A stretch of 64,000 nucleotides of DNA from Gemmatimonadota bacterium. GTDB lineage: Bacteria > Gemmatimonadota > Gemmatimonadetes > Longimicrobiales > Gaopeijiaceae. The position numbers and the translations under genes were made by a program. The stretch lies in the NCBI GenBank assembly GCA_034521595.1, contig JAXHMG010000003.1:1952001-2016000 (forward strand), given 5' to 3'. Shown here piece after piece: positions 48,013-59,282 of this stretch. Positions within the stretch are counted from its first letter, which is position 1, and every line of letters starts with the position of its first letter. Below the pieces are notes generated by a model. That model searched no databases and was not told the DNA's origin. It worked only from the letters and a program-made list of their open reading frames with translations.

Positions 48013-48761
48013 CGCCAGCCACCCGGCTCGGTGAGCACCGGATTGTCACGATCCCGGGCGACGAGCTCGACCGCCCGGTACAGCGAAGGCACGGTGCCCG
48101 CATCGGTCCACCAACCCCGCACGAGGTGATGCTTCATGGTCCCGGCCTGGATGTAACGGTTGTTGACGTCCGTGATCTCGAGCTCGCCGCGGTGCGACGG
48201 CTCGAGCGTTTGCACGATGTCGAAGACCGAAGCGTCATACATATAGCAGCCGGTCACCGCGTACGGCGTCGGCGGCACGGCGGGCTTCTCGACGATCCCG
48301 CTCACCCGGTCGCCCTCGAGCGTGGCCACGCCGAAGCGCTGGGGGTCGTCGACCTCCTTGAGCAGGATCATCGCGCCCCGGGGGTCGGCACGGAACCGGG
48401 CGACCGCGTCGGCGATAGGGTCCTGGAAGATGTTGTCACCGAGCATGACGACCACCGGCTCGCCCCCGGCGAAGTACCGCGCCAGCCCGAGCGCCTCCGC
48501 GATGCCGCCTTCGCCGTCCTGGTAGGCGTACTTGAGCTGCTCGAGCCCGAACTCGTGGCCGTTCCGGAGCAGGCGCAGGAAATCCCCCGCGCTGTCGCCT
48601 CCCGTCACGACGAGGATGTCGTCGATGCCGGCGTCCACGAGCTGCTGGATGGGGAAGTAGATCATGGGCCGGTCGTAGACCGGCAGCAGGTGCTTGTTCG
48701 TCACCCGGGTCATGGGAAGGAGCCGGCTGCCGAGGCCTCCGGCCAAAATGACGCCCTTCAC
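48009..48761 (-). CDS. rfbA: Glucose-1-phosphate thymidylyltransferase (short form)
   Basis: MKGVILAGGLGSRL, KHLLPVYDRPMIY, RGELEITD. Confidence 0.88.
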   Translation of the reverse strand: MKGVILAGGLGSRLLPMTRVTNKHLLPVYDRPMIYFPIQQLVDAGIDDILVVTGGDSAGDFLRLLRNGHEFGLEQLKYAYQDGEGGIAEALGLARYFAGGEPVVVMLGDNIFQDPIADAVARFRADPRGAMILLKEVDDPQRFGVATLEGDRVSGIVEKPAVPPTPYAVTGCYMYDASVFDIVQTLEPSHRGELEITDVNNRYIQAGTMKHHLVRGWWTDAGTVPSLYRAVELVARDRDNPVLTEPGGWR

Positions 48762-49642
48762 GTGAGCTCTCCCGTCTCGGTCAGGAAGCGGCGCAGCGCC
48801 TCGCGCCAATTCATGCGCTTTCGTCCAAGAAGCGCTTCGGTGCCCGCCACGTCCAGGACCGAGTACGCGGGGCGCGGGGCCGGCGCTCCCCACTCGGCGG
48901 TCGACACCGGCCCGATCGGCGCGTCCACGCCGCACAGCCGGAAGGCTTCGCGGGCCAGATCGAGCCAGGTGGCCTCGCCGCCGTCCGCCACGTGCCATAC
49001 CCCGCGGGCGCGGCGCTCGAACAGGTCCAGCATGCCCTCCGCCGTGTTCCGCGCCCAGGTGGGCCGCCCCCGCTGGTCGTCGACCACCCGGAGCTCTTCC
49101 GCTCCGGCCTCTCGCGCTCGCGCACGGCCTCGCTCCAGCATCGCCGTCACGAAGTTCCGCCCTCCGGCGCCGTACAGCCAGCTCGTGCGCACCACCAACG
49201 CCTCCGGCGCGGACGCCAACGCGACCCGCTCCCCCTCCAGCTTGCTCCGTCCGTACACGGACCGCGGCGCGGGAGGGGTGTCGGGAGGGTACGGGGTCGC
49301 CCGCTCTCCGTCGAAGACGTAGTCGGTGGAGGGGTAGATGAGGCGGGCTCCGGCTTCGGCCGCCGCACGGGCCACGTGGGCGGTGCCGTCCCGGTTGACG
49401 CGGGCCGCGAGCTCGGGCTCCTCCTCCGCGCGGTCCACCGCGGTGTAGGCGGCACAGTGGACGACCAGCTCCGGCCCCTCACCACGGCCCCGGCCGACGA
49501 GGCACGCACGCACGGCGTCGGCGTCGGTCGCGTCGAGGTCGCCTCGCCCGGCGGCCTCGACCGTGTACCCCCGGCGCGTCGCCACGGCCACCACCTCGCG
49601 CCCGAGGAGGCCTTCGGCGCCGGTCACGAAGACGCGGGTCAC
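48758..49642 (-). CDS. rfbD: dTDP-4-dehydrorhamnose reductase
   Basis: GAEGLLG, AAYTAVDRAE, STDYVFDG, YGRSKLEGE, APRPAYSVLD. Confidence 0.93.
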   Translation of the reverse strand: MTRVFVTGAEGLLGREVVAVATRRGYTVEAAGRGDLDATDADAVRACLVGRGRGEGPELVVHCAAYTAVDRAEEEPELAARVNRDGTAHVARAAAEAGARLIYPSTDYVFDGERATPYPPDTPPAPRSVYGRSKLEGERVALASAPEALVVRTSWLYGAGGRNFVTAMLERGRARAREAGAEELRVVDDQRGRPTWARNTAEGMLDLFERRARGVWHVADGGEATWLDLAREAFRLCGVDAPIGPVSTAEWGAPAPRPAYSVLDVAGTEALLGRKRMNWREALRRFLTETGELT

Positions 49643-49718
49643 GGAACGCACCACGGGCCTTCCCGGTCGATGGCCGGGAAGGCCCGTCGCACACTTCGGA
49701 AATTGACGTGCCGCGAGG

Positions 49719-49931
49719 TCAGGTGCCGGCCGCGACCGCGGGCGCCTTCTCGACCTTTCCGGCGTGAATGCACTGGGTACAGACCCGCACACGCCGCCGC
49801 ACGCCCTCACGGTCGATGATCTTCACCGACTGGAGGTTGGGCAGCCAACGACGCTTTTTCTTGTTGTTGGCGTGGCTGACGTTGTTGCCGATGCCCGGTC
49901 CCTTCCCACACGTATAGCAGATGCGTGCCAT
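49719..49931 (-). CDS. rpmB: 50S ribosomal protein L28
   Basis: [31 protein letters not shown]. Confidence 0.95.
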   Translation of the reverse strand: MARICYTCGKGPGIGNNVSHANNKKKRRWLPNLQSVKIIDREGVRRRVRVCTQCIHAGKVEKAPAVAAGT

Positions 49932-49932
49932 G

Positions 49933-50538
49933 TCAGTCCTCGTCTCCTTCGGGACCGCCCGCGCCGCTCGGCGCGGCGCCCGCGGTATCTTCGTCTTCGC
50001 CACTCTCTTCCGGCAGAACCATGACGGCGGTGGCCTCGATGAAGTGGGTCGCGAACTCCGCCGCGAGCCGGTCTCCTTCACCGATGTGGCCGGCGTCCAC
50101 CCAGTCCGTCAGGATCGAGTCGTTGATGGCCAGCACGTCGCCCGTGACGCTCACGTTGGCGCCTTCCTCGAGCGGACCCGCTCCCGCGACCTGGGCGCCG
50201 GAGGGAACCGAGATCAGGAACGGGTTCCCGTTCGGCATCTCGAGCCAGTAGCCCTGCTCGCCCAGCAAGCTGGCTACCGGAAGCGACTCCACCGTGATCG
50301 AGTCGTTCTCGAAGGGCGACGCATCCATCTGGATCCGCTCCGGATTGATGACCGGAGGCCGGTTCGCCTCGCGCTCCTCAGCTGCGGCGACCGAATCGGC
50401 GTACGCTTGCTGCTCCGCCATCTCCCGGGCAGCCTCGCCGTTGAGCCAGTACAGAAATCCCCCGATGACCGCGAATGCGAGAATCATCAGCGGCGTACCG
50501 AGGTTGGTCGCGCCGCGTCGGGAAGCCTTGTCCGCCAT
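49933..50538 (-). CDS. Membrane-anchored acidic hypothetical protein
   Basis: 201 aa, single N-terminal TM segment; tightly packed between rplQ and rpmB. Confidence 0.75.
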   Translation of the reverse strand: MADKASRRGATNLGTPLMILAFAVIGGFLYWLNGEAAREMAEQQAYADSVAAAEEREANRPPVINPERIQMDASPFENDSITVESLPVASLLGEQGYWLEMPNGNPFLISVPSGAQVAGAGPLEEGANVSVTGDVLAINDSILTDWVDAGHIGEGDRLAAEFATHFIEATAVMVLPEESGEDEDTAGAAPSGAGGPEGDED

Positions 50539-50590
50539 TTACGTCGTCCTGTCTGATCTGGAGTCGACCGCTTACGAAGAGCGGCACAAA

Positions 50591-50944
50591 CTAATCGACG
50601 AGCTCGATGAGCGACATGTCCGCCGCGTCACCCTTCCGATTGCCCAGCTTGAGGATGCGCGTGTAGCCCCCGGGCCGCTCGGTGTACCGGGGGCCGATAT
50701 CGTCGAAGAGCTTCCCGAGCACCATCCTGTCCTGGATCTTGCGGGCCGCGAGACGTCGCGCGTGCACATCTCCGCGCCGCGCCAGCGTGATCAGCCGCTC
50801 GGCATACGGCCGCAGCTCCTTCGCCTTGGCCGTGGTGGTTTCGATCCGCCCGTGCTCGAACAGCGCCGTCGCCATGTTGCGCAGGGTCGCCTTCCGATGC
50901 GTGGGCGATCGCGAAAGTTGTTTTCCCTTCTTGCGATGCCGCAC
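50591..50944 (-). CDS. rplQ: 50S ribosomal protein L17
   Basis: MRHRKKG...[10 protein letters not shown]. Confidence 0.97.
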   Translation of the reverse strand: MRHRKKGKQLSRSPTHRKATLRNMATALFEHGRIETTTAKAKELRPYAERLITLARRGDVHARRLAARKIQDRMVLGKLFDDIGPRYTERPGGYTRILKLGNRKGDAADMSLIELVD

Positions 50945-50946
50945 CG

Positions 50947-51990
50947 TTACTCCTCGCCACCCGCGGTGGCTTCAGCTTCCTCGTCGACGAAGAACAGGCG
51001 ACCATCGTCGCCCTCTTCGAGCTGCATCCCGAACCGCAGGCCCTGCTCGTCCAGAAAGTCCGTGATCTCCTTCAGCGACTTCTTGCCGAAGTTCTCGATC
51101 CCGAGCATCTGCTCTTCCGTCCGCTGAACGAGGTCGCCGAGCGTCTGGATGTTTTCCTTCTGGAGCGAGTTCCGCGACCGCACCGAGAGCTCCGCGAGAT
51201 CGTCGATCGGCTTCTCGAGCAGGTCCTGCAGGCGCTCCGGCACCGCGACGGCACCCTGGGGCGCGACCTCGGGCATGCCGCCCTGTCCGAAGTACAGCAT
51301 GTACTCGAAGTGCTTGCGGGCCAGCTCCGCCCCGTAACGGACCGCCTCGTCCGGGGTCACCGAGCCGTCCGTCTCCACCTGCAACGTCAAACGGTCGAAG
51401 TCCGTGCGCTGCCCCACCCGGGTCTCCTCGACCGTGAAGTTGGCCCGGCGCACCGGATTGTAGATGGAGTCGATGCGCACGAGATCCACCGGCGAGCCCT
51501 TGGGCAACGGATGTTGGTTGGCCAGCGCGAAGCCGCGGCCCTTGTTGACGTTCAGCTCCATGTGGACCTCGCGGTCCTCTTCGAGCGTGAAGAGGTGGTG
51601 CTCCGGGTCGAGCAACGAAGCCCCCGAAGCCTCCTGGATCTCCGCGGCCGTCACCGCCCCCGCCTTGCTCACGTGGAGCTCGAGCTTGGCCTCGTCGACG
51701 TCGTCGTCGAGCTCGACCACGAGCCCCTTGAGGTTCTGGATCACCTGGTGGACGTCTTCGGCCACGCCCTGAATGGTCTGGTGCTCGTGCACCACCCCTT
51801 CGATCCGGAACGACCACACCGCGGAGCCCCGCAGAGACGAGAGCAGAACCCGGCGGATGGAGTTCCCGAGCGTGTGGCCGAATCCGCGCTCGAGTGGCTC
51901 GAGCACCAAGACGGCACGGCGCGTGGGATCCGGCGAATCGAGAACCTCGATGCGCTCGGGGAGCACGAGCCCGGTCAGATCTATCTCCAC
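50947..51990 (-). CDS. rpoA: RNA polymerase alpha subunit
   Basis: [22 protein letters not shown]; alpha-[19 protein letters not shown]. Confidence 0.98.
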   Translation of the reverse strand: MEIDLTGLVLPERIEVLDSPDPTRRAVLVLEPLERGFGHTLGNSIRRVLLSSLRGSAVWSFRIEGVVHEHQTIQGVAEDVHQVIQNLKGLVVELDDDVDEAKLELHVSKAGAVTAAEIQEASGASLLDPEHHLFTLEEDREVHMELNVNKGRGFALANQHPLPKGSPVDLVRIDSIYNPVRRANFTVEETRVGQRTDFDRLTLQVETDGSVTPDEAVRYGAELARKHFEYMLYFGQGGMPEVAPQGAVAVPERLQDLLEKPIDDLAELSVRSRNSLQKENIQTLGDLVQRTEEQMLGIENFGKKSLKEITDFLDEQGLRFGMQLEEGDDGRLFFVDEEAEATAGGEE

Positions 51991-52051
51991 AATGTCCTCC
52001 TGATGGACCGTTGACGCCCGGGCCCGCATGGCGGGTACCCGGTTCGTCGGA

Positions 52052-52687
52052 TTACTTCGAGTACAGCTCGACGATCAGCTGTTCCTGGACCGCCAGCGGG
52101 ATGTCGTCACGCGTCGGTACCCGGACGACCCGGCCCACGCGGGCCTTCTCGTCCAGCGCCAGCCACTCGACGAGCGACGGCCGCGAGCGGGCCTCCAGGC
52201 TCGCCTCGATCGGGAGCAGGTCCTTCGACTTGGCCTTGACCGAGATCTCGTCGCCCGGCTTCAGATGGAAGCTCGGGATGTCGACGACGCGGCCGTTGAC
52301 CTCGACGTGGCGGTGGCGCACGAGCTGGCGGGCCGCCGAGCGGCTCTGCGCGAAGCCCATGCGAAACACGATGTTGTCGAGACGCGTCTCGAGCGCCACG
52401 AGCAGGTTCTCACCCGTCACCCCCGGCACGCCCGAGGCGCGGCGGAACAGGTTCCGGAACTGCTGCTCGTGCAGCCCGTACATGCGCTTCACCTTCTGCT
52501 TCTCACGGAGCTGGAGCGCATAGTCGGACTGCTTCCGCCGCCGCTGCTGCGCGGGCCCGTGGTGTCCGGGCGGGTAGCCGCGGCGGTCGACGGAGCACTT
52601 GTCCGTGTAGCACTTCTGGCCTTTCAGAAAGAGCTTCTCGCCTTCGCGGCGGCAGAGCTTACAAACGGGACCGGTATATCGTGACAT
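52052..52687 (-). CDS. rpsD: 30S ribosomal protein S4
   Basis: CKLCRREGEKLFLKG, QLREKQK, IVELYSK. Confidence 0.98.
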   Translation of the reverse strand: MSRYTGPVCKLCRREGEKLFLKGQKCYTDKCSVDRRGYPPGHHGPAQQRRRKQSDYALQLREKQKVKRMYGLHEQQFRNLFRRASGVPGVTGENLLVALETRLDNIVFRMGFAQSRSAARQLVRHRHVEVNGRVVDIPSFHLKPGDEISVKAKSKDLLPIEASLEARSRPSLVEWLALDEKARVGRVVRVPTRDDIPLAVQEQLIVELYSK

Positions 52688-52701
52688 AGTCGCTTAGTTC
52701 C

Positions 52702-53091
52702 TCAGACCCGACGCTTCTTGGGCGGCCGGCAACCATTGTGCGGCAGCGGCGTCACGTCCTCAATAGACTTGATGAAGAGCCCCGCCGCAGCGAGCGCCTG
52801 GATGGCCGATTCGCGGCCCGAGCCCGGTCCCTGGACGAGGACGTCGACCCGCTTCACACCCATGCCGGAGGCTTCCCGGCCCGCCTGCTCGCCGGCCACG
52901 GTCGCCGCGAACGGCGTCGACTTCTTGGAGCCCTTGAACCCGGACTTCCCGGCGCTCGCCCACGAGACGACGTCGCCCTTGCTGTCGGTGACCGTGATGA
53001 GGGTGTTGTTGAACGTCGCTTTGACGTAGGCGTACCCTTCCGCCTCGACGACCTTCTTGGTGCGCTTCGGACGCGCTTTCGGCTGTGCCAC
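52702..53091 (-). CDS. rpsK: 30S ribosomal protein S11
   Basis: [31 protein letters not shown]. Confidence 0.98.
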   Translation of the reverse strand: MAQPKARPKRTKKVVEAEGYAYVKATFNNTLITVTDSKGDVVSWASAGKSGFKGSKKSTPFAATVAGEQAGREASGMGVKRVDVLVQGPGSGRESAIQALAAAGLFIKSIEDVTPLPHNGCRPPKKRRV

Positions 53092-53118
53092 GTATAGTTT
53101 CCTCGGTTTCGGCTGCTG

Positions 53119-53499
53119 CTACTTTCTGGGAACCGGCTTCTTGCCGGCGATGGACCGGCGCTTGCCCTTGAGCGTCCGGGCGTTGGTGCTCGTGCGCTGC
53201 CCGCGCGCCGGAAGGCCTTTCCGGTGGCGAAGGCCGCGATAACATCCGATGTCCATGAGCCGCTTGACGTTCATGGATTTTTCGGTCCGGAGCGCGCCTT
53301 CCACCTTGTAGTGGTCCTCGATCTCGCGGCGGAGACGGTTCACGTCGTCGTCGCCGAGGTCGTGGGTGCGGAGGGCGGGGTCGATGCCGCACGCGTCGAC
53401 GATCTGCTTCGCCCGCGTGTGTCCGATTCCGTAGATGTAGGTCAAGGCGACCTCGACCCGCTTACCCCGCGGGAGGTCGACGCCTGCAATGCGTGCCAT
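53119..53499 (-). CDS. rpsM: 30S ribosomal protein S13
   Basis: [29 protein letters not shown]. Confidence 0.98.
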   Translation of the reverse strand: MARIAGVDLPRGKRVEVALTYIYGIGHTRAKQIVDACGIDPALRTHDLGDDDVNRLRREIEDHYKVEGALRTEKSMNVKRLMDIGCYRGLRHRKGLPARGQRTSTNARTLKGKRRSIAGKKPVPRK

Positions 53500-53543
53500 G
53501 GGCTACTCTTGGTTCCTGTGCCGGGCCTGGCGCCGTGCGGCGC

Positions 53544-53660
53544 TCAACCCTGACGCTGCTTGTGCTTCGGAGTTCTGGAGCAAATGATGCGGACCACCCC
53601 GTTGCGGCGGACCACCTTACAGTGCTCGCAGATCGGCTTGATGCTGCTTCGGACCTTCAC
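53544..53660 (-). CDS. rpmJ: 50S ribosomal protein L36
   Basis: [38 protein letters not shown]. Confidence 0.97.
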   Translation of the reverse strand: MKVRSSIKPICEHCKVVRRNGVVRIICSRTPKHKQRQG

Positions 53661-53697
53661 TTTGGCATCCCCACGTCCGTTTGTGGCAGAGCTTGGT

Positions 53698-53726
53698 AGT
53701 ATAACCCTCGTGAGACAGGCCTTCAA
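53698..53726 (-). promoter_or_regulatory. Sigma70-type promoter for rpmJ-rpsM-rpsK-rpsD-rpoA-rplQ
   Basis: TTGAAG-17 bp-TATACT on the minus strand. Confidence 0.7.
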
Positions 53727-54517
53727 GCGCCTTCGGAGGACGGCATGACCGCCCCGACGGAGCTGTCCAACGCGGTCAGAATCCGGGGCCCTTCGGCCGT
53801 GATTCCGACGGTATGCTCGAAATGCGCGGAGAGCGCCCCATCCGAGGGCACGACCGTCCAGCCGTCGTCGAGCGTACGGATGTCCGGGGAGCCGGCCGAG
53901 AGCATCGGCTCGATGGCCAGCACCATGCCTTCGCGCAACAGCGGGCCGTGCCCGGGGCGTCCCACGTTCGGCACCTGAGGCTGCTCGTGCACGTCCCGCC
54001 CGATCCCGTGCCCGACCAGGTCGCGCACGATCGCGTACTTCGTCCCCTCGACCGTGCGCACGACCGCCGCGCCGATGTCTCCGACATGCTTGCCGGGCAC
54101 CGCCTCGGCGATCGCGTTCCAGAGCGACCGCTCCGTGATGTCGAGCAGCTCCTGCGCTTCCGCGCCGGCCTCGCCCACCGCGAAGGTCCAGCCCGAGTCG
54201 GAGCACCACCCGTCGAGGCGCACCCCGACATCCACCGAGACGATGTCTCCGTCCTCGAGAACTCGGTCCGCCGAAGCGATGCCGTGGACGATCTCCTCGT
54301 TGATGGAGATGCACACCGTTCCCGGAAACCCGTAGAGCCCCTTGAACTCCGGCTCCGCGCCCTCGTGCGAGGCGATGAACTCCTCGCAGAAGCGGTCGAT
54401 CTCGAGGGTGGACACGCCCGGACGAATCCGGGACGGGAGCTCGGCGTGGATGGCCGCGATGATCGCGCCTCCGCGAGCCATCAAGTCCATCTCGTCGGGC
54501 GTCCGCAGATGAATCAT
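53723..54517 (-). CDS. map: Methionine aminopeptidase type I
   Basis: [29 protein letters not shown]. Confidence 0.96.
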   Translation of the reverse strand: MIHLRTPDEMDLMARGGAIIAAIHAELPSRIRPGVSTLEIDRFCEEFIASHEGAEPEFKGLYGFPGTVCISINEEIVHGIASADRVLEDGDIVSVDVGVRLDGWCSDSGWTFAVGEAGAEAQELLDITERSLWNAIAEAVPGKHVGDIGAAVVRTVEGTKYAIVRDLVGHGIGRDVHEQPQVPNVGRPGHGPLLREGMVLAIEPMLSAGSPDIRTLDDGWTVVPSDGALSAHFEHTVGITAEGPRILTALDSSVGAVMPSSEGA

Positions 54518-55182
54518 CGGCGCGCACCCACGACCGCCTCGCGGAAGTCGTCGTAGACCTCGTCGAACGAGCGGTCGGCCTCGATGCGGACCACGTCGGC
54601 GGAGTGCGCTTCGTAGTGCGCGACGAGGGGCGCGGTCTGCTCGCGGTACACCTCGAGGCGCCGCTTCACGGTCTCCGGCGTGTCGTCGGCCCGGTGCACG
54701 AGCTCCTTTCCGCACTCGTCGCAGACGCCTTCTTCGGCCGGCGGATCGAAGTACGCGTTGTAGACCGCCCCGCACTCCGGGCACGACCGGCGTCCAGCCA
54801 GACGCTTGACCAACGTCTCGTCGGGCGCCTCGAACAGCGCGACCACTCCGACCGCGAGGCCGACGTCCGACAGGACCTCGTCGAGGCCCTCGGCCTGGGC
54901 GATGGTCCGCGGGAAGCCGTCGAGCAGAATGTCCGTACCCGACGGGAGCCCGGAGAGGTGCTCACGCACCAGGCCGAGGATCAGGTCGTCGGGCACGAGC
55001 TCCCCCGCGTCCATGTAGCTTTCGGCCTTCTTGCCCAACTCGGTGCCTTCGCGCCGCGCGGCCCGGAGCAGGTCTCCCGTGGAGACGTGCGCCGCACCGT
55101 TCTCACCGGCGAGGCGAACCGCTTGAGTTCCTTTCCCGACGCCCGGGGCGCCCAACAGAATCACGACCATCGACTGACTCAC
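54514..55182 (-). CDS. adk: Adenylate kinase
   Basis: [24 protein letters not shown], Zn-type LID. Confidence 0.97.
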   Translation of the reverse strand: MSQSMVVILLGAPGVGKGTQAVRLAGENGAAHVSTGDLLRAARREGTELGKKAESYMDAGELVPDDLILGLVREHLSGLPSGTDILLDGFPRTIAQAEGLDEVLSDVGLAVGVVALFEAPDETLVKRLAGRRSCPECGAVYNAYFDPPAEEGVCDECGKELVHRADDTPETVKRRLEVYREQTAPLVAHYEAHSADVVRIEADRSFDEVYDDFREAVVGARR

Positions 55183-55187
55183 CTCGC

Positions 55188-56504
55188 TTACGTGTACTGC
55201 TGACGGCCGCGCATCTTCACCCGACCCTTCTTCATGAAGCCGTCGTAGTGGCGAAGCATCAGGAGCTGCTGCGCCTGCTGCACGGTGTCGAGCCCCACAC
55301 CCACGACGATCAGGAGGCTCGTGCCCCCGAAGAAGAACGTCTGGATGTTGAAGATGTCAAAGATCAGGAACGGGGTCAGCGCCACGAAGGCCAGGTAGAT
55401 CGAGCCCGGAAGCGTGACTCGTGTCAGCACCCGGTCGATGTACTCGGCCGTGCGCGTGCCCGGCTTCACGCCCGGAATGAACGCGCCCTGCTTCTTCAGG
55501 TTCTCCGCCAGGTCCACCGGGTTGAAGATGATGGCCGTGTAGAAGTACGTGAAGAAGAGGATGAGCAGCCCGTACGTGATGTAGTACGTCATCGTCTGCG
55601 GCTGAAACATCTCCGCCAAGGTGGACAGCGGCCCCAGATCGATGAACGCGGCGGCGGTGCCCGGCACGACGATGAACGACTGCGCGAAGATGATCGGCAT
55701 GACGCCCGCGGAGTTCACGCGGAGCGGCACGAAGCTCTTCTGGCCTTCTCGGATGCGCCCCCGCCCCACGACCTTCCGCGGGATCTGCACGGGGATCTTC
55801 CGCGCCGCCATGGTCATGGCGACGACGCCGCCGGTGACGCCGACGACCACGGCCAGCAGCGCGACCATCCCGAACACCGAGATCTCGCCGAGCGTGAACG
55901 ACTCCCAGGTCCGCGCCACGGCGGCCGGGAACGTCTGGATGATGGAGAAGAAGATCAGCAGCGACATCCCGTTCCCGATGCCGTGCTCCGTGATCTGCTC
56001 CCCGAGCCACATGACGAAGACGGCACCCACGGTGAGCGTGATGACCGTGGTGAACGTGAAGAGAAACCCGGGCGTGATGACCGCGCCGGGGATCGACTGC
56101 AGGAAGACCGAGTAGCCGTAGGCCTGCGCAGCCGAGAGGACCACGGTGGTGTAGCGCGTCCATTGGGTGAGCTTCTTGCGCCCCTCCTCACCCTCCTTCT
56201 GGAGCTTCTCGATCTTCGGGAAGACCGCGGCGAGGAGCTGGAACATGATGCTCGCCGAGATATAGGGCATGATGCCCAGGGCGAGAATCGTCGCCCGCGA
56301 CAAGCCCCCACCCACGAACATGTCGTAGATGCCGAAGAAGGTGTCCTGGAGCTGTCCGAACTGCTCCTGCAGGGCCGCCACATTCAGGCTCGGCACCGTG
56401 ATATGGGCGCCGGTCCTGTAAATGAGCAGGATGAACAAGGTAAAGAGGATCTTGTCCTTGAGCTCCGGCACCCTGAACAGGTTCGCGAGAGGGTTGTTCG
56501 CCAT
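55188..56504 (-). CDS. secY: Preprotein translocase subunit SecY
   Basis: ALGIMPYISASI, GIGNGMSL, AGVMPIIFA, GGTSLLIVVGV. Confidence 0.98.
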   Translation of the reverse strand: MANNPLANLFRVPELKDKILFTLFILLIYRTGAHITVPSLNVAALQEQFGQLQDTFFGIYDMFVGGGLSRATILALGIMPYISASIMFQLLAAVFPKIEKLQKEGEEGRKKLTQWTRYTTVVLSAAQAYGYSVFLQSIPGAVITPGFLFTFTTVITLTVGAVFVMWLGEQITEHGIGNGMSLLIFFSIIQTFPAAVARTWESFTLGEISVFGMVALLAVVVGVTGGVVAMTMAARKIPVQIPRKVVGRGRIREGQKSFVPLRVNSAGVMPIIFAQSFIVVPGTAAAFIDLGPLSTLAEMFQPQTMTYYITYGLLILFFTYFYTAIIFNPVDLAENLKKQGAFIPGVKPGTRTAEYIDRVLTRVTLPGSIYLAFVALTPFLIFDIFNIQTFFFGGTSLLIVVGVGLDTVQQAQQLLMLRHYDGFMKKGRVKMRGRQQYT

Positions 56505-56516
56505 GGTCGGGCGTTC

Positions 56517-57002
56517 CTAGCTGTCCGCGCGCTCGGCGCTTTCTGCAGGCTGTTTCGATGCCGCTTCGATGACGCTCACGGAGCCGCCCGCGGCCTCGAT
56601 CTTCGTACGCGCCGACGCGCTGAACGCGTGGGCGGAGACGTTGAGCGCCTTCTCGATCTCGCCGGTGCCGAGGATCTTGACGGGCAGCTTGGCCGACCCG
56701 ATCAGCCCGGCGTCCGAAAGCGCTTCGGGCGTCACGTCCCCCTCGAGCCGCGCGAGATCACGCACGTTGACGGCTTGGTACGCCTTCCGCAACGGATTGT
56801 GGAAGCCGCGCTTCGGAATGCGCCGGATGAGCGGCATCTGGCCACCCTCGAACCGGGGATGCGTGTTCGCGCCCGAGCGGGCGTTCTGGCCCTTCTGCCC
56901 GCGCCCGGACGTCTTGCCGGTACCGGAGCCCGGCCCCCGGCCGATGCGCTTGCGGGCGTGCCGCGATCCGGTGGACGGGGACAGATCGTGTAGTTCAGAC
57001 AT
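56517..57002 (-). CDS. rplO: 50S ribosomal protein L15
   Basis: [29 protein letters not shown]. Confidence 0.97.
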   Translation of the reverse strand: MSELHDLSPSTGSRHARKRIGRGPGSGTGKTSGRGQKGQNARSGANTHPRFEGGQMPLIRRIPKRGFHNPLRKAYQAVNVRDLARLEGDVTPEALSDAGLIGSAKLPVKILGTGEIEKALNVSAHAFSASARTKIEAAGGSVSVIEAASKQPAESAERADS

Positions 57003-57005
57003 GGT

Positions 57006-57203
57006 CTATTCCAGCTCCTCTACGTCCACCATGAAGCCGATCTTCTCGATCATGCCCCGGATGGCCGGAGTGTCCTCGTGAACGACGCTGTGTTGATGGC
57101 GCTTGATGCCGAGCGCGAGCAGCGTGCGGCGGTTGGTGCCTTTCTGTCCGATGTCGCTACGGACCTGCGTGATGCGAAGCTGCTTCGCCTGCTTCTTAGC
57201 CAC
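57006..57203 (-). CDS. rpmD: 50S ribosomal protein L30
   Basis: [10 protein letters not shown]...DTPAIRGMI; operon position. Confidence 0.93.
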   Translation of the reverse strand: MAKKQAKQLRITQVRSDIGQKGTNRRTLLALGIKRHQHSVVHEDTPAIRGMIEKIGFMVDVEELE

Positions 57204-57726
57204 TGTGCACTCCCAGGGCCTCGACCGGCACTCCCCGCTCCTCGGCGGCCTGCTCGGCCGAGACGAGGTCCGTGAGTCCCTGCATCGTGGCCCGCACGAC
57301 GTTGATCGGATTGTTGGTGCCCAGACACTTCGTGAGCACGTCGGTCACGCCCGCCGCCTCGAGCACGGCGCGCACCGGGCCACCCGCGATCACGCCCGTA
57401 CCCGGAGCGGCCGGGCGCATGATGACCCGTCCGGCCCCCCAATGCCCCAGGATCTCGTGCGGGATCGTGCCGTTCTCGACGGGCACGCGAACCATGTTCT
57501 TCTTCGCCTGGTCGAACGCCTTGCGGATCGCCTCCGCGACCTCGTTCGCCTTGGCGATCGCGACGCCGACGTTGCCTTTCTGGTCGCCCACGGCCACCAG
57601 GGCGGAAAACGCGAAGCGCCGTCCACCCTTGACCACCTTGGACACCCGGTTGATGAAGATGACGTTCTCGACGAGATCGCTGTCCCGACCCCGTCCACCC
57701 TGCTTCTTCTTGCTGTCTTTAGCCAT
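57196..57726 (-). CDS. rpsE: 30S ribosomal protein S5
   Basis: [25 protein letters not shown]. Confidence 0.98.
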   Translation of the reverse strand: MAKDSKKKQGGRGRDSDLVENVIFINRVSKVVKGGRRFAFSALVAVGDQKGNVGVAIAKANEVAEAIRKAFDQAKKNMVRVPVENGTIPHEILGHWGAGRVIMRPAAPGTGVIAGGPVRAVLEAAGVTDVLTKCLGTNNPINVVRATMQGLTDLVSAEQAAEERGVPVEALGVHSG

Positions 57727-58112
57727 CAGAAAGTGAGCCCTCCCTCACGCGCACCCTCGGCAAAGGCCTTCACCCTGCCGTGGTACCTGTAACCCCCGCG
57801 GTCGAACACGACCGATTCGATTCCATTCTTCTTGGCGCGCTCGGCCAGCATCTTGCCGGCCGCGCGCGCTTGCTCCACCCGCCGGTTGTCCCCGTCGACC
57901 ACGGCCTCGCGGAGGTCGCCCGTCGTCGTGGAAAGCCCGGTGAGCGTGTGTCCGGTATCGTCGTCGACGAGCTGCCCCTCGATATGCTTGCGGGAGCGGA
58001 AAACGACGAGCCGCGGCCGCTCGGCCGTGCCCACGACCTTGGCGCGGACCCGGTGGTGCCGCCGCTTGCGCTGTAGAAAGCGGCTCTTCTTGAGCTTGCT
58101 CTGTTTGATCAT
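57726..58112 (-). CDS. rplR: 50S ribosomal protein L18
   Basis: [24 protein letters not shown]. Confidence 0.97.
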   Translation of the reverse strand: MIKQSKLKKSRFLQRKRRHHRVRAKVVGTAERPRLVVFRSRKHIEGQLVDDDTGHTLTGLSTTTGDLREAVVDGDNRRVEQARAAGKMLAERAKKNGIESVVFDRGGYRYHGRVKAFAEGAREGGLTF

Positions 58113-58115
58113 CGA

Positions 58116-58655
58116 TCAGCTTCCTGCCGTCTTTCCGGCCTTGCGGCGGACTTGTTCGTTCTGATAGCGGATCCCCTTGCCCTTGTAGGGCTCGGGGGGG
58201 CGGAAGCCGCGGATCTCCGCGGCGGCCTGACCCACCTTCTGCTTGTCGGAGCCGGACACGACCACCACCGTCGGGGTCGGGCACGAGAGATCCACCCCCT
58301 CGGCCGGCTCGTACTGGATCGGGTGGCTATAGCCGACGTGGAGCGTGATGCTCTTGCCCTTGGGCTCCGCCCGGTACCCGACGCCGACGAGCTCCAGCGT
58401 CCTGGTGAAGCCTTCGGTCACGCCCGACACCATGTTCATGACGAGCGCCCGGGTAAGCCCGTGCAGCGCTCGCTGGTCCTGGTGATCGGAGGTGCGCTCC
58501 ACCCGGATCTCGCCGTCGTCCACGACCACCCGCATGTCGGGGTGGACGTCGAGGTCGAGGCTGCCCTTCGGGCCCTTGACCGTGAGCCGGCTTCCTTTGA
58601 GCGCGGCCTCGACCCCTTGGGGGGTCTGGACCGGCAGTTTTCCGATACGGGACAT
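58116..58655 (-). CDS. rplF: 50S ribosomal protein L6
   Basis: MSRIGKLP, RPPEPYKGKGIRY. Confidence 0.98.
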   Translation of the reverse strand: MSRIGKLPVQTPQGVEAALKGSRLTVKGPKGSLDLDVHPDMRVVVDDGEIRVERTSDHQDQRALHGLTRALVMNMVSGVTEGFTRTLELVGVGYRAEPKGKSITLHVGYSHPIQYEPAEGVDLSCPTPTVVVVSGSDKQKVGQAAAEIRGFRPPEPYKGKGIRYQNEQVRRKAGKTAGS

Positions 58656-58669
58656 CGTATTCTCCGCTC

Positions 58670-59062
58670 CTACCAGATCTTCGCCATGAGCTCTCCGCCC
58701 ACGCCCTGACTTCGCGCGGTGCGGTCGGAGAGCATTCCGGCCGACGTGGACAGGATGGCCATTCCCAGGCCGTTGCGAACCCGCGGGATATCGTGGGCCT
58801 TCACGAAGCGGCGGCGACCCGGGCGGGAGATCCGCTCGAGGTGCCGGATGACCGGCTGGCCGTCGTGATATTTCAGGTATACGCGGAGCACGCCGAAGCG
58901 TCCGTCCTCGAGCACCTTGTAGTCGTGCACGAAGTGGCTTTCCTGAAGCAGCCGAGCGATCTCGACCTTGGTGTTCGACACGGGCATGTCCACCCATTTG
59001 TGGGACGCCGCGTGGGCGTTCCGGATACGGGTGAGCATGTCCGCGATCGGGTCAGTCATCAT
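58670..59062 (-). CDS. rpsH: 30S ribosomal protein S8
   Basis: [26 protein letters not shown]. Confidence 0.98.
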   Translation of the reverse strand: MMTDPIADMLTRIRNAHAASHKWVDMPVSNTKVEIARLLQESHFVHDYKVLEDGRFGVLRVYLKYHDGQPVIRHLERISRPGRRRFVKAHDIPRVRNGLGMAILSTSAGMLSDRTARSQGVGGELMAKIW

Positions 59063-59077
59063 GATTTCGTATTCCCC

Positions 59078-59263
59078 CTACCAGCTCGACTTGCGGACAC
59101 CCGGGATCTCGCCGCGAAGGGCCATTTCCCGGAAACAGATGCGGCAGATCCCGAACTTGCGCATATACGCCCGGGGACGACCACAGCGCTGGCAGCGGTT
59201 GCGGTGACGCACGCTGTACTTCTGCGTGCGCTTGTTTCTCTCGACTAACGCCTTTCTGGCCAT
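59078..59263 (-). CDS. rpsN: 30S ribosomal protein S14 (Zn-binding type Z)
   Basis: RCQRCGRPR...[18 protein letters not shown]. Confidence 0.97.
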   Translation of the reverse strand: MARKALVERNKRTQKYSVRHRNRCQRCGRPRAYMRKFGICRICFREMALRGEIPGVRKSSW

Positions 59264-59282
59264 TCCGGTTGCTCTCTCTGTC

